Assembly (NCBI GenBank): GCA_043756885.1
Contig: JAYUQF010000027.1
Location: forward strand, 1-48,110
Reading direction: 5' to 3'
From: Pseudomonadota bacterium
Lineage (GTDB): Bacteria > Pseudomonadota > Gammaproteobacteria > Ga0077536
DNA length: 48,110 nucleotides
The notes beneath the pieces are model-generated. The model searched no databases, was not told the origin of the DNA, and worked only from the letters and a program-made list of their open reading frames with translations. Both the position numbers and the translations under genes were made by a program. Numbering within the stretch: the stretch's first letter is position 1; each line of letters starts with the position of its first letter. Shown in pieces: positions 18,735 through 29,700 of this stretch.

Positions 18735-20089
18735 TGGAACTGGTCAAAACTCTACTTTCGTTCGCCCTGGCCTTGGGAATTCTGGTTACGGCCCATGAGT
18801 TCGGCCATTACTGGGTAGCCAAACGGCTGGGGGTGAAGGTCCTGCGCTTCTGCATCGGTTTTGGACGACCATGGTTGCAATGGCGTTCGGGTGAAACAGA
18901 GTTCGCGTTAGCCCTGATCCCACTTGGGGGCTACGTAAAAATGCTCGACGAGCGCGAAGGGGAAGTCGCTGAGCACGAGTTGCATCGAGCCTTTAATCGC
19001 ATGCCCCTTGCGACGCGGATAGCGGTGGTGGCGGCCGGCCCGACGGCCAATTTTCTGTTTGCGATTCTTGCTTATTGGCTGATGTTGATGATAGGCGTGA
19101 CAGGTCCGCGAGCCATCATCGGCTCGGTTGATCTGGATTCCATCGCTGCCCGTGCCGGTCTTAGTCGTGGTCAGGAAATTCTGCAAGTTGACGGCGCCGA
19201 CGCTCAGACCTGGGACGGCGTGTTTCGTCATGCGCTCGATGGCATCCTCGACCAGCGCCCGCTCAGTGTGCAGCTGCGCGACCCTGATGGTGTCGTCAAG
19301 AACGTAATACTCGATGTCAGCAAAGTCTCGGTTGACGAGCTGGGCGCGGGTGATTTTTTCAAGACCCTGGGTTTAGCGCCCGATGTTCCACTGATCCCTC
19401 CCGTGATCGCCCGTGTTGTCGTCGATGGCGCAGCAGCGAAGGCCGGCATCAAAGAAGGTGATCGCGTGGTCTCGGCCAATGGCAAGCCGGTAACGAGTTG
19501 GGGCGCCTGGGTAGATGTAATTCGCGCGCATCCCGAGCAGACGCTGGCCATCGTTGTGGCACGCGGCGGGTCAGAGATCGCCCTGCAGGTGAGCCCAGCG
19601 CGGGTCGAAGAGCACGGCGTCGTATTCGGGCGCATTGGCGCAGAGCCTCGCGTGCCAAAAAATCTCGACGCCATCCCGATGGGCATCGAGCGTTACGGCC
19701 CGTGGGCAGCTTTTGGTGGGGCGGTAGATAGAACGCTTGGGATGAGTCTGACCACACTTAAGTTTCTCGGCAAAATGCTTGTCGGTGAGGCATCGGTCAA
19801 AAATCTCAGCGGCCCGATCAGCATCGCGCAGTACGCCGGCGCATCGGCAAAATTGGGCGTCGCTCGTTTCTTGGAATTCCTAGCCCTAGTGAGTGTGAGC
19901 CTCGGGGTACTCAACCTATTGCCTATTCCTATCCTGGATGGCGGACACCTGCTTTATTACCTGATAGAATTCGCGACGCGGAGACCGGTGTCTGAACATC
20001 TGCAATTGTGGGGACAACAGCTTGGTCTTGTGATGCTGTTGAGCTTGATGGGGCTGGCCGTCTACAACGACATCCTGCGCATTCTGTGA
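18734..20089 (+). CDS. rseP: RIP zinc metalloprotease (site-2 protease)
   Basis: The HEFGHYWVA zinc motif, PDZ regions and the C-terminal NLLPIP.LDGGH motif are present. The ATG at 18734 is preceded by AAGGAG and shares one base with the dxr stop. Confidence 0.92.
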   Translation: MELVKTLLSFALALGILVTAHEFGHYWVAKRLGVKVLRFCIGFGRPWLQWRSGETEFALALIPLGGYVKMLDEREGEVAEHELHRAFNRMPLATRIAVVAAGPTANFLFAILAYWLMLMIGVTGPRAIIGSVDLDSIAARAGLSRGQEILQVDGADAQTWDGVFRHALDGILDQRPLSVQLRDPDGVVKNVILDVSKVSVDELGAGDFFKTLGLAPDVPLIPPVIARVVVDGAAAKAGIKEGDRVVSANGKPVTSWGAWVDVIRAHPEQTLAIVVARGGSEIALQVSPARVEEHGVVFGRIGAEPRVPKNLDAIPMGIERYGPWAAFGGAVDRTLGMSLTTLKFLGKMLVGEASVKNLSGPISIAQYAGASAKLGVARFLEFLALVSVSLGVLNLLPIPILDGGHLLYYLIEFATRRPVSEHLQLWGQQLGLVMLLSLMGLAVYNDILRIL

Positions 20090-20132
20090 GTACGCTGGTG
20101 ACGGAAACACCCAAGAACAAATCAATATATTT

Positions 20133-22424
20133 ATGTCGAAAGCGTTTGCAGCGGGCTGGATGTGCGGCCTGACGATGATGTTCGCGGTCAGCGCTTCAGC
20201 CGCAGAATCGTTCGTCGTCGACGATATCCGAGTCGAGGGCTTGGACCGGATTTCCCCCGGCGCGATCTTCAATTACCTGCCAATCAGTGTGGGTGACGCG
20301 GTCGACGACAAACGCTCACGCGACGCCGTGCGAGCCCTCTTTAAGACCGGTCTGTTCAAAGACGTCAAGCTTGAACGAGACGGCGACGTACTGGTCGTTG
20401 TTGTGCAAGAGCGTGAGACTATCTCGGATATCACCTTCGAGGGTAACAAAGCCATTAAAACTGAAGACTTAACCAAGGGTCTGAAGGAAGTGGGCTTCGC
20501 CAAGGGTGAGGTATTTAACGAGTCCAAACTAGACAAAGTACTACAAGAACTCAAGCGTCAATACTTCGCTAATGGCAAGTATGGCGTGCGGATCGAAAAC
20601 GAAGTCATTCCTGTAGATGACAAAACTGTCGAAGTGGCGTTTACCGTGTCCGAGGGCGAGGCTGCACGGATCAAACAGATCAACATCATCGGTAACGAAG
20701 CATTCAGCGACGAGCAGATTCGCGATCATTTCAAGTTAAACACACCGACGTGGATAAGCTGGTTTACAAAAGATGACCAGTACTCCAAGCAAAAACTCTC
20801 GGGTGACCTTGAAATCCTGCGCTCGTTGTATCAGGACAACGGCTACCTGAATTTCAGCGTAGAGTCGACGCAGGTGTCGATTACTCCCGACAGAAAAGAC
20901 GTATATCTGACCATCAACGTAAGCGAAGGCGAAAAATTCGTGGTCGGAGATGTGAAGTTGGCCGGTACCTTAATCGTAGAGCCTGAAGATCTGTTCAGGT
21001 TTGTGGTGACGCGCAAAGGCATGACCTTTTCGCGTAAAGACCTAACCGCCACGAGTAAGCTGATTACTGACCGCCTGGGCGACGAGGGCTACGCTTTTGC
21101 CAACGTCAACGCGATCCCTGAAATCAACGAAAAAAACAGAGTCGCAGGTGTGACCTATTTTGTAGATCCCGGTCAGAGGGTCTACGTCCGCCGAGTCAAT
21201 TTTTTTGGCAATGGCAAAACACGTGACGAAGTATTGCGCCGCGAAATGCGTCAGCTTGAGGGGGGGTGGATTTCCACCGCCAAGGTTGAGCGCTCAAAAA
21301 CTCGGCTTCGTCGTCTAGGCTTTTTCGAAGACGTAAACGTCGAGACCCCCGCAGTGGCCGGCTCAACGGACCAAGTCGACGTCAATTTTACGGTCAAGGA
21401 GCGGCCATCTGGAAATCTGCAGCTAGGCGTGGGCTTCTCCCAAGCGGCTGGCGTTATTTTTAATACCAATGTCCAGCAGGACAATTTCCTTGGCACTGGC
21501 AAGAGCGTCAGCTTTGCGTTTGCTAACAGTGAAATCAACCAGGTCTTCCGGGTCGGCTACATGAATCCATACTGGACGACAGATGGTGTAGCCCGGGGTT
21601 TCGATTTTAGTTATCAGAAAACCGACGCTGGTAATACCAATATCATCCGTTACAACACGAAGACGCTGTCCGGCGGTATGAATTTCGGGGTGCCGCTCAC
21701 TGAGTATCACTACATCAACGCAGGTTTGTCCTACGAGTCTACCTCGATCAATACAAATCCCTTGTTTCTTGACCCGATTATTGCTCAATTTCTCTTACGT
21801 GAAGGCAATAACTACAACCTTATCCGTTTTTCGACCGCGTTCACCTACGACACGCGCAATTCAGCAATATTTCCTGAACGGGGCACGCTGCAACGTATTC
21901 GCGGCGAGATTACCGTGCCGGGCGCTGATTTGACTTACTACAAAGTGAACTACGAATCCAAGTTGTTCGTGCCGCTGGCCAAGAACTACATTTTCATGAT
22001 GCGTGGCGAAATCGGCTACGGCGGTGGCTACGGAAGCACCGATCAATTGCCATTCTTTGAAAACTTTTACGCCGGTGGTCCGCGCACTGTTCGCGGCTAC
22101 CAGGAGAATTCACTAGGTCCTCAGGATTTTTTCCGTCGAGCATTGGGTGGCAATGTTCAGGTTGTAGGTGGCGCAGAAGTTATCATTCCAGTGCCTTTCC
22201 TGGCCGAGCTTAAGTCGGTAAGACTCTCTACGTTTATGGACGCAGGTAATGTGTGGTCAGTCGACGAGGACATCCGATTCGCCGATGTGCGTATGGCCGC
22301 TGGCGTGTCCGGCATCTGGATGTCGCCGTTTGGGCTGCTCTCGGTAAGTCTTGCGCAGCCATTTAGAGACCGCCCCGGCGACCGAACCCAGCGCTTCCAG
22401 TTTAATTTTGGTACCCAGTTTTGA
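20133..22424 (+). CDS. bamA: Outer membrane protein assembly factor BamA
   Basis: It has a signal peptide, five POTRA-like repeats (I..I.VEG...) and a C-terminal 16-strand barrel ending ...FQFNFGTQF (terminal Phe signature). Confidence 0.95.
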   Translation: MSKAFAAGWMCGLTMMFAVSASAAESFVVDDIRVEGLDRISPGAIFNYLPISVGDAVDDKRSRDAVRALFKTGLFKDVKLERDGDVLVVVVQERETISDITFEGNKAIKTEDLTKGLKEVGFAKGEVFNESKLDKVLQELKRQYFANGKYGVRIENEVIPVDDKTVEVAFTVSEGEAARIKQINIIGNEAFSDEQIRDHFKLNTPTWISWFTKDDQYSKQKLSGDLEILRSLYQDNGYLNFSVESTQVSITPDRKDVYLTINVSEGEKFVVGDVKLAGTLIVEPEDLFRFVVTRKGMTFSRKDLTATSKLITDRLGDEGYAFANVNAIPEINEKNRVAGVTYFVDPGQRVYVRRVNFFGNGKTRDEVLRREMRQLEGGWISTAKVERSKTRLRRLGFFEDVNVETPAVAGSTDQVDVNFTVKERPSGNLQLGVGFSQAAGVIFNTNVQQDNFLGTGKSVSFAFANSEINQVFRVGYMNPYWTTDGVARGFDFSYQKTDAGNTNIIRYNTKTLSGGMNFGVPLTEYHYINAGLSYESTSINTNPLFLDPIIAQFLLREGNNYNLIRFSTAFTYDTRNSAIFPERGTLQRIRGEITVPGADLTYYKVNYESKLFVPLAKNYIFMMRGEIGYGGGYGSTDQLPFFENFYAGGPRTVRGYQENSLGPQDFFRRALGGNVQVVGGAEVIIPVPFLAELKSVRLSTFMDAGNVWSVDEDIRFADVRMAAGVSGIWMSPFGLLSVSLAQPFRDRPGDRTQRFQFNFGTQF

Positions 22425-22436
22425 GTTCGGCTGGTC

Positions 22437-22465
22437 TGGAAAGATAGAAGCGAGGGCTACATAAT
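22437..22465 (+). promoter_or_regulatory. Candidate sigma-70 promoter in the bamA-skp spacer
   Basis: TGGAAA (22437-22442), a 17-nt spacer, then CATAAT (22460-22465). This is a sequence match only. Confidence 0.25.
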
Positions 22466-22656
22466 GGAGTGCGCGTGTTAATTCGGTGCGACAAGACTGA
22501 TCTCGATTGCCCATCGAAAAATAACCGCGGCGGCGCTCGGAGCCCTTGCTCGTCTGCCACGCACCGGTCAATCGCCGGCAAGAGTGGGCGAGGTGGGGGT
22601 AGCAGCTTCGTCCCACAATTTGAGAGAATTATTCTAAACCGCATTGGAGTACTGCT

Positions 22657-23175
22657 TTGAGAATCCTTGATAGATTTATCCGGCTGGCCGTTGTTTCATC
22701 GTTGATGTTGTTTTCCGCAGCGCAAGCGGCTGACTACAAGATCGGTGTGGTCAATGTTGCACGTATACTTGAAGCGTCACCTCAGGCCGATGACGCGCGG
22801 AAGAAGCTGCAAAAGGAATTTGCCGCTCGCGATACCAAGTTAGTGGGTGCGCAGAAAGAAGTGAAAGCACTTGAAGATCGCATGCAGAAGGATGGTGCGA
22901 TCATGAGTGAGACCGAACGCGGCCGGGTTGAGCGCGACGTCATGTCGAAGACTCGCGATATTAAGCGCGAGACGCAGGAATTTCAGGAAGACGTCAATTT
23001 CCGTCGCAACGAGGAAATGGCAATCATTAACCAGAAAATCGGAGAAGCAATCTCCAGTCTGGCTAAAGAACAAGGCTACGATCTTGTGCTGGGCCAAGGT
23101 TTAGCGTTTGCCAGTGAAAAAGTCGACATCACCGACCAGGTAATCGCCAAATTGAAGGGCGGGGCAGCCAAGTAA
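22657..23175 (+). CDS. skp: Periplasmic chaperone Skp (OmpH family)
   Basis: The signal peptide ends ...SAAQA. It is followed by KIGVVN..RIL and a long K/E-rich coiled-coil region. The TTG at 22657 lies 7 nt after GGAG, and the gene sits after bamA. Confidence 0.85.
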   Translation: MRILDRFIRLAVVSSLMLFSAAQAADYKIGVVNVARILEASPQADDARKKLQKEFAARDTKLVGAQKEVKALEDRMQKDGAIMSETERGRVERDVMSKTRDIKRETQEFQEDVNFRRNEEMAIINQKIGEAISSLAKEQGYDLVLGQGLAFASEKVDITDQVIAKLKGGAAK

Positions 23176-23719
23176 GGGCCCTGGATTTCAACGCGGATTC
23201 CGGCGCCCGCTTGGCAAACGCTTACAGCACGGAATGCGGTAATGGGTTGACTGCGGCTACTATTGTAGTGGCGCACAGCGACCGGCAATTTTTAGCCAAG
23301 TCTGACGGGCCCTTGCCCACGGGCTGGTGCTCTCTGGAATGGATGCGTCGGGCGTGTGCAGTGTCTACATGGACGATCTGAGGACTAAAAATGGACAACG
23401 CTGCCGCTGATGCTTCGAAGCGACTCGGCAGGCCTATTCCGCGTCAGCGGCGGTGCCCGCTCAGGAGTAACGGGTAAGCCCTGAAAAGGGCATCTGGGTT
23501 TTCGTTCATCCGGCTCAATCGCACCTGGGTTCGAACGTTCTCGGGAATTGCCACGTTTGCTCTGGCTGCCGCGAATTCTGCTCCGAGGCGGTCGTGTCAG
23601 CTGGTGCATTCAGGCTTTTCCCTCAGCGCCCGTAAATGACGTCAGGTTCGAGTCGTGATGAAGATGAGACATGTTCCTGGTCCGGGCAAGCCGCGGGGTG
23701 GTGCGTAGTGGAGAACGGT

Positions 23720-24169
23720 ATGGAAGACTTGGGCATCGCTAAAATCTTGCAAACGATGCCGCACCGGTATCCCTTCCTTCTCATCGATCGCGTCATTGAA
23801 TACACACCATTCGAATCGATAAAAGCATTGAAGAATGTCTCAATTAACGAGCCGTTCTTTTTGGGGCATTTTCCTGGGCATCCGATTATGCCGGGTGTCC
23901 TCATTTTGGAGTCGATGGCTCAAGCGACTGGTATGCTGGCTTTTTATTCGAATCAGGCCCGCAGCGAAGAAGGCAATGTCTATTACTTGGTCGGAGTCGA
24001 CAAAGCGCGCTTCAAGCGGCCGGTGACGGCTGGCGATCAACTTATCCTACGCGCGCAGCTGCGCCGTCAGATAAAGGGCATCTACCGGTTTGATGCCACC
24101 GCTGAAGTCGATGGGGTCGTGGTCGCCAGCGCCGAATTTATGACCACCGAGCGGGCGGCGGGCCGTTGA
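23720..24169 (+). CDS. fabZ: 3-hydroxyacyl-ACP dehydratase
   Basis: LPHRYPFLLIDRV, FF.GHFPG.PIMPGVL.LE..AQ are present. The ATG at 23720 is preceded by GGAGA. The 28-codon upstream extension in the track has no FabZ similarity. Confidence 0.93.
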   Translation: MEDLGIAKILQTMPHRYPFLLIDRVIEYTPFESIKALKNVSINEPFFLGHFPGHPIMPGVLILESMAQATGMLAFYSNQARSEEGNVYYLVGVDKARFKRPVTAGDQLILRAQLRRQIKGIYRFDATAEVDGVVVASAEFMTTERAAGR

Positions 24170-24939
24170 TTGACCCGAGTGCCAAGATTCACCCTAGCGC
24201 AACACTCGCCGCTGACGTTGACGTCGGACCATGGACATCGGTCGGTGCCAACGTGGAAATTGGCACCGGCTGCCGCATAGGTAGCCATACGGTAATTCAG
24301 GGGCCGACGCGGCTTGGTGCCAATAACCGCGTGTATTCGTTTTGTTCTTTGGGCGACGACCCACAGGACAAGAAATTTTCGGGCGCTGGTGAGTCGCGCT
24401 TAGAGATCGGGGATGGCAATACTATTCGAGAATACTGCAGTATCAACCGCGGTACTCCGCAGGGCGGCGGCGTTACGCGGCTCGGTGACGATAACTGGCT
24501 CATGGCCTACTGCCATATTGCGCATGACTGCAAAGTTGGCAATCACACCGTGTTCGCCAACAACGCCACGCTAGCGGGCCACGTTGAGATTCAAGACTAC
24601 GTGATACTCGGTGGTTTCACCGGCGTGCATCAGTTCTGTCGCATGGGCGAAAGCAGCTTTTCAGCTATCGCTGCCGCCATCGTTCGCGATGTGCCGCCGT
24701 ACGTCATAGTCGACGGCAATAACGCCGAACCACGCAGTATCAACCGTGAAGGCTTGAAACGGCGTGGTTTCAGCGTGGAATCAATCGCAGCACTCAAACG
24801 TGCATACCGGGTTTTGTATCGACAGGGAAATTCGCTGGAAGCGGCGCTTGCGCTGCTTGAGACCGAGCGCGACACTTTCCCCGAGGTCGCGCGGCTGCTC
24901 GATTTCGTGCGGTCCTCGGTGCGCGGCATCGTGCGCTGA
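24166..24939 (+). CDS. lpxA: Acyl-ACP--UDP-N-acetylglucosamine O-acyltransferase
   Basis: The N-terminus MIDPSAKIHPSA, left-handed beta-helix hexapeptide repeats and a C-terminal helical domain are present. The TTG start overlaps the fabZ stop. Confidence 0.93.
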   Translation: MIDPSAKIHPSATLAADVDVGPWTSVGANVEIGTGCRIGSHTVIQGPTRLGANNRVYSFCSLGDDPQDKKFSGAGESRLEIGDGNTIREYCSINRGTPQGGGVTRLGDDNWLMAYCHIAHDCKVGNHTVFANNATLAGHVEIQDYVILGGFTGVHQFCRMGESSFSAIAAAIVRDVPPYVIVDGNNAEPRSINREGLKRRGFSVESIAALKRAYRVLYRQGNSLEAALALLETERDTFPEVARLLDFVRSSVRGIVR

Positions 24940-24970
24940 TCTGTCGTCGCCGCCGCTACTAGTGGGGCGA

Positions 24971-26119
24971 GTGTCCGTTCTTCATATCGCCATTGTTGCC
25001 GGTGAGACGTCGGGGGACATCCTCGGCGCTGAGTTGATCCATGCACTGCGCGCACTGGTCCCGGGCGCGCGATTCAGCGGCATGGCCGGACCGGCAATGT
25101 CGGCAGCGGGTTGTCATGCACTGGCGAACATTGACCAGCTTTCTGTGATGGGCCTCGTCGAGGTTCTACGCGCCTACCCGCGGCTGCGACGGCTGCAATC
25201 CGAACTTGGCACGGCGTTGCTCGCGCAACGTCCGGACGTGTTCATCGGCATCGACGTGCCGGATTTTAATCTTGGACTTGCACGGCGTTTTAAGCAGGCC
25301 GGTGTGCCAACAGTGCATTATGTTTGCCCGCAGGCCTGGGCCTGGCGAGCGGGGCGAGCTCGTCGCTTGGGGCTCGCCGTCGATCGCCTGCTGGCCTTGT
25401 TACCCTTCGAACCGGCGTTTTTTGCCAAATACGGCGTCGATTGCCGTTTTGTCGGGCATCCGCTGGCCGACATACTGCCGCTAGCGCCGGACCGGAGCGC
25501 GGCACGTGCCGCCCTGGGCATTGCGCCCGGCCCGCCTTTGGTGGCTATTCTGCCTGGTAGTCGTGCTCAGGAAATCGAGCGACTCGCACCACCCTTCGCC
25601 CAGGGTGTGGCGGCGTTGCAGAGGGAACGTGGCCCGCTCGAGATCATCGCCTGTGTGGCCCTTGCCGGGCAGCTTGAGCGATTGCGCAGGGTTATTAGCG
25701 ATACGGTGCCGCAACTGACGGTCGATTATCGCCATGGACAAGCTCGTGAATTGTTGAGTGCTGCCGATGTTGCGCTTGTGGCCTCAGGAACCGCGACGCT
25801 CGAAGCGCTGCTTTGCCGGGCTCCGATGGTGGTGGGTTACCGTATGGCACCGCTTACCTACCATATAATTCGGCGCATGATTTCTATCCCGCGCATTGCT
25901 TTGCCGAACATTCTGGCCGCAGATTCACTGGTGCCGGAACTAATCCAGGGTGCGCTCACGCCGCAAGCAATCTGTTCTGAGCTGGCCGCATGGTTAGACG
26001 ATGGCCGCCGTCGCGAGTCTTATTTAGCGCGAGCGCGCGCTCTGCATGAGTCCCTGCGTGTAGGTGCAGCAGCGCGCGCGGCAGAGGCAGTGCTCGGGAT
26101 GTGTCACCCCCATGTCTAG
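24971..26119 (+). CDS. lpxB: Lipid-A-disaccharide synthase
   Basis: [18 protein letters not shown] is the N-terminal signature. Length is about 382 aa from the GTG at 24971 (a GTG at 24962 is also possible). The long upstream part of the listed ORF overlaps lpxA and is not LpxB-like. Confidence 0.92.
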   Translation: MSVLHIAIVAGETSGDILGAELIHALRALVPGARFSGMAGPAMSAAGCHALANIDQLSVMGLVEVLRAYPRLRRLQSELGTALLAQRPDVFIGIDVPDFNLGLARRFKQAGVPTVHYVCPQAWAWRAGRARRLGLAVDRLLALLPFEPAFFAKYGVDCRFVGHPLADILPLAPDRSAARAALGIAPGPPLVAILPGSRAQEIERLAPPFAQGVAALQRERGPLEIIACVALAGQLERLRRVISDTVPQLTVDYRHGQARELLSAADVALVASGTATLEALLCRAPMVVGYRMAPLTYHIIRRMISIPRIALPNILAADSLVPELIQGALTPQAICSELAAWLDDGRRRESYLARARALHESLRVGAAARAAEAVLGMCHPHV

Positions 26120-26711
26120 CGCAGTGAGTCAGAGTGTGAGATGGGTAGCGGGGGTTGATGAAGCAGGCCGTGGGCCGTTGGCCGGGCCGGTGATTGCCGC
26201 AGCGGTAATTCTCGGCCCTGGCGATATCCCCGGTCTCGGCGATTCCAAACAAAAAAGTGAGCGCCAGCGCGAGCGTCTGTTCGGGCTGATCATGCGTGAC
26301 GCGCTGGCGGTGGGCGTTGGGCGTGCCGATGTTGAAGAGGTAGATAGGCTGAATATCCTCCAGGCGACGCTGCTCGCCATGCAGCGGGCGATTCTGGCGC
26401 TTGCCATTGCACCGCACGAGGCACTGATAGATGGTCTGCATTGCCCGTTTCTGCCATGCCCGGCGACGGCAATAGTCGGTGGTGATGCCAGCGTCGCTGC
26501 GATTAGTGCCGCCTCTATCATCGCGAAGGTCTCGCGTGACCGCCTCATGGTTGAGCTCGATAAAGACTATCCACAATACGAATTTGCACGTCACAAAGGC
26601 TACCCAACCGCCGCCCACGTTGCGGCGCTAAACCGTTGGGGCGCGAGTCCCATGCATCGCCGCAGTTTCGCACCAGTACGTAAGGTACTTATGGCGAGGG
26701 GCGAGGCGTGA
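26112..26711 (+). CDS. rnhB: Ribonuclease HII
   Basis: [20 protein letters not shown] and SIIAK motifs are present. The ATG at 26112 overlaps the lpxB end by 8 nt. Confidence 0.93.
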   Translation: MSSAVSQSVRWVAGVDEAGRGPLAGPVIAAAVILGPGDIPGLGDSKQKSERQRERLFGLIMRDALAVGVGRADVEEVDRLNILQATLLAMQRAILALAIAPHEALIDGLHCPFLPCPATAIVGGDASVAAISAASIIAKVSRDRLMVELDKDYPQYEFARHKGYPTAAHVAALNRWGASPMHRRSFAPVRKVLMARGEA

Positions 26712-29700
26712 ACGCGCCGCGTTTTATACATCTGCATGTTCACAGCGAGTATTCCATCGTTGATGGAACTGTACGCGTTGACGATCTGGCGGATCGTTGC
26801 AAGGCGTTGGGTATGCCGGCGGTGGCCCTGACCGATCAGAACAACGTGTTTGCGTTACCCAAGTTCTATCGCGCCAGCCAGGAAGCCGGGGTAAAGCCCA
26901 TCGTGGGTCTCGACGTCTGGATTACCCCCCCTGCCGGCGTGGCAGAACGGTTCCGTATGGTGCTCTTATGCCAGAACCGAGAGGGTTATCGCAATCTGAG
27001 TCAGTTGCTGACGATGGCTTATCGCTTCGGTCAGCATGGTGGCATTGCAGGCATTGAAGAAAGCGCGCTGCATGCCGACGCGGTGCGCGGACTATTGGCC
27101 CTTTCAGGCGGACCCAACGGCGATCTAGGCCGGCTGTCCAACGAGGGCAAGCTTGAACAGATTAAGCAGCGTTTAGGATTTTGGCGCGACCTGTTTGGCG
27201 ATCGCTACTACATTGAGATTATGCGTACCGGGCGGGAGCGGGAAGAGCGTTATACCGATGCGGTTTTAGAATGCGCAGTCGCAACCGGTACGCCAGTGGT
27301 AGCCACCAACGACGTGCGTTTTCTGCACGCCCACGATTTCGATGCGCACGAGGCGCGGGTGTGTATCCACCAGGGGCGCGTCATTGCAGATCCGCGTCGC
27401 CCGCGAGACTACTCGCCGAGTCAGTATCTGAAAAGCGAAGACGAAATGTGCGAGCTTTTCGCCGATCTTCCCGACGCGCTGGCCAACTCAGTCAATATCG
27501 CCATGCGCTGTAATCTCGAACTGGAGTTCGGCACCTACCATCTGCCGGAATATCCCGTCGGCGCAGGCATTCAAGTCGACAGCTTAATGCGTGAAAAGAG
27601 TGAGATTGGTCTGGAGCAACGCTTTGCAACAGGTGCTATCCGCGGCTCGCGCGACGACTCCAAGCATGTCGACACCTACCAGCGCCGCTTGGCTAGTGAA
27701 ATTGAAGTCATCACCAAGATGGGCTTCTCGGGTTACTTCCTCATCGTTGCCGACTTTATTGAGTGGGCCAAGCAGCACGGGATCCCGGTTGGGCCTGGGC
27801 GCGGCTCCGGTGCGGGTTCGCTGGCTGCTTTTGCGCTCGGTATTACGGAGCTCGACCCGCTCGAATACGACTTGCTGTTCGAGCGCTTCTTAAATCCAGA
27901 GCGTGTGTCGATGCCCGATTTCGACATCGATTTCTGTATGGACAGGCGTGACGAGGTTATCGAGTACGTTGCGGCGCGATATGGGCGTGATCAGGTTGCG
28001 CAGATCATTACTCACGGCACTATGGCTGCCAAAGCAGTAGTGCGCGACGTTGGCCGGGTATTAGGGTTCCCCTATGGTTTTGTCGATCAACTTGCAAAGC
28101 TGATCCCTTTCGATCCGCAGATGACCCTCGAACGCGCCCTGGCGGAGGAGCCCGCACTTAAACGCCGTCAGGATGAAGAGGAAGACGTGCGCGCAGTCAT
28201 GACGCTGGCCCTGCAACTCGAAGGGCTGGCCCGTAATGCCGGCCGGCACGCGGGAGGGCTGGTCATTGCGCCAACGGCTCTCACAGACTTCATGCCGCTG
28301 TATTGTGAGCAGGGCAGTGAAGCACTGGTTACACAATTCGATATGAACGATGTCGAGGCAATCGGCCTCGTCAAATTCGATTTTCTTGGACTGCGAACGC
28401 TCACTATCATCGACTGGGCTGTGCGCGACATTAATCAAGGTCGTACGGCGAGCGCGCAGGCGCCAATCGCGATCGAGAAAATTCCGCTCGACGATGCAGC
28501 TACATTTAAACTTGTGCAGAACGCTCGCACGACGGCGGTGTTCCAGCTTGAGTCGCGGGGCATGAAAGAGCTGATCAAGCGTCTCAAGCCCGATCTGTTC
28601 GAAGACTTGATCGCTTTGGTCGCATTGTTTCGGCCGGGACCCTTGCAGTCGGGCATGGTCGATGACTTCATTGAGCGTAAACATGGGCGCCAGGCGCTCA
28701 AGTACGCGGTGCCAGCGCTTGAACCGATCCTGAAACCCACCTATGGGGTGATCCTGTATCAGGAACAGGTCATGCAGATCGCGCGGGTGCTGGCCGGTTA
28801 TACCTTGGGCGCTGCCGATTTATTGCGACGTGCAATGGGCAAAAAGAAGGCCGAGGAGATGGCCAAGCAGCGCGAGAGTTTTGTCGACGGAGCACAGGCT
28901 AACAACATCGCGCAGGCCGATGCCACTTTCATCTTTGATCTGATGGAAAAGTTTGCCGGTTATGGGTTTAACAAATCCCACTCTGCTGCTTATGCGCTGG
29001 TGGCCTATCAGACAGCCTGGCTGAAGGCTCACTATGCGGCGGCTTTCATGGCCGCTGTAATGTCAGCTGACATGGACTCGACCGACAAGGTGGTGCGTCT
29101 GATAGAGGAGTGTCGTGCACTCGGTTTAACGGTGGTGCCGCCCGACGTCAACGGATGCAGCTTTCGCTTCAGCGTTGCCGACACCAAGACCATTCGGTAT
29201 GGCCTGGGCGCCGTGAAGGGTGTCGGTGAAGCAGTGATCAATGCGTTGGTCGAAGAACGCGACAGTAAGGGCCCTTATCGCGACCTGGTCGACATCTGTC
29301 GTCGCAATGCCGACAAGCGGATCAACCGCCGCGCACTGGAGGCCTTGATCAAAGCCGGTGCTTTTGACTGTTTTGGCCATAGCCGCGCGGTGTTGATGGC
29401 AGCTCTTGATCAGGTACTGCAAATCACGGATCAGCATCAAAAGGCAGCCGTTTCCGGGCAATCGGATTTTTTCGGTCTCGCTACCGAGGCGGTAGATGAA
29501 GTCGCCCCACTCAACGTCGATTACGCGTCGGGGGTGCGGGAGTGGAGCGCGGAAGAATTACTGGCCTGCGAAAAGGAGACGCTGGGACTGTACTTGAGCG
29601 GCCATCCCATTGACCGTTACCGTGCCGAATTGTCGGCCTTTGCCAGCTCTTCGCTGTCCGAGATCCGGCCGGGCAAGCGACGAATTGCCGGGTTCATTAT

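Noticed and set aside
23527-23535. GGGTTCGAA, which resembles a tRNA T-loop.
   Set aside because: I could not build flanking T-stem, acceptor or anticodon arms, so it is not a tRNA or tmRNA.
23549-23581. A C-x2-C-x2-C-x3-C (ferredoxin-like) cysteine spacing, CHVCSGCREFC, in one frame of the skp-fabZ spacer.
   Set aside because: The frame (23471-23638) has no ATG, GTG or TTG upstream of the motif, and it lacks both the following Pro and a second cluster motif. It is most likely chance in GC-rich sequence.
23385-23609. A 74-aa minus-strand ORF in the skp-fabZ spacer.
   Set aside because: It is extremely Arg/Pro/Ser-rich with no hydrophobic core, no SD and no motif. I treat it as non-coding.
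23636-23719. A 28-codon N-terminal extension of fabZ in the ORF track. Similar long extensions occur on lpxB (from 24764), rnhB (from 26064), cdsA (from 16654), rpsB (from 12809), the pcm-like gene, the rhodanese gene and ndh.
   Set aside because: The extensions overlap upstream genes or lack family similarity. Internal starts reproduce the canonical N-termini and usually have better SD spacing.
25956-26618. A 220-aa ORF antisense to lpxB/rnhB.
   Set aside because: It is a shadow ORF; the forward genes are unambiguous.
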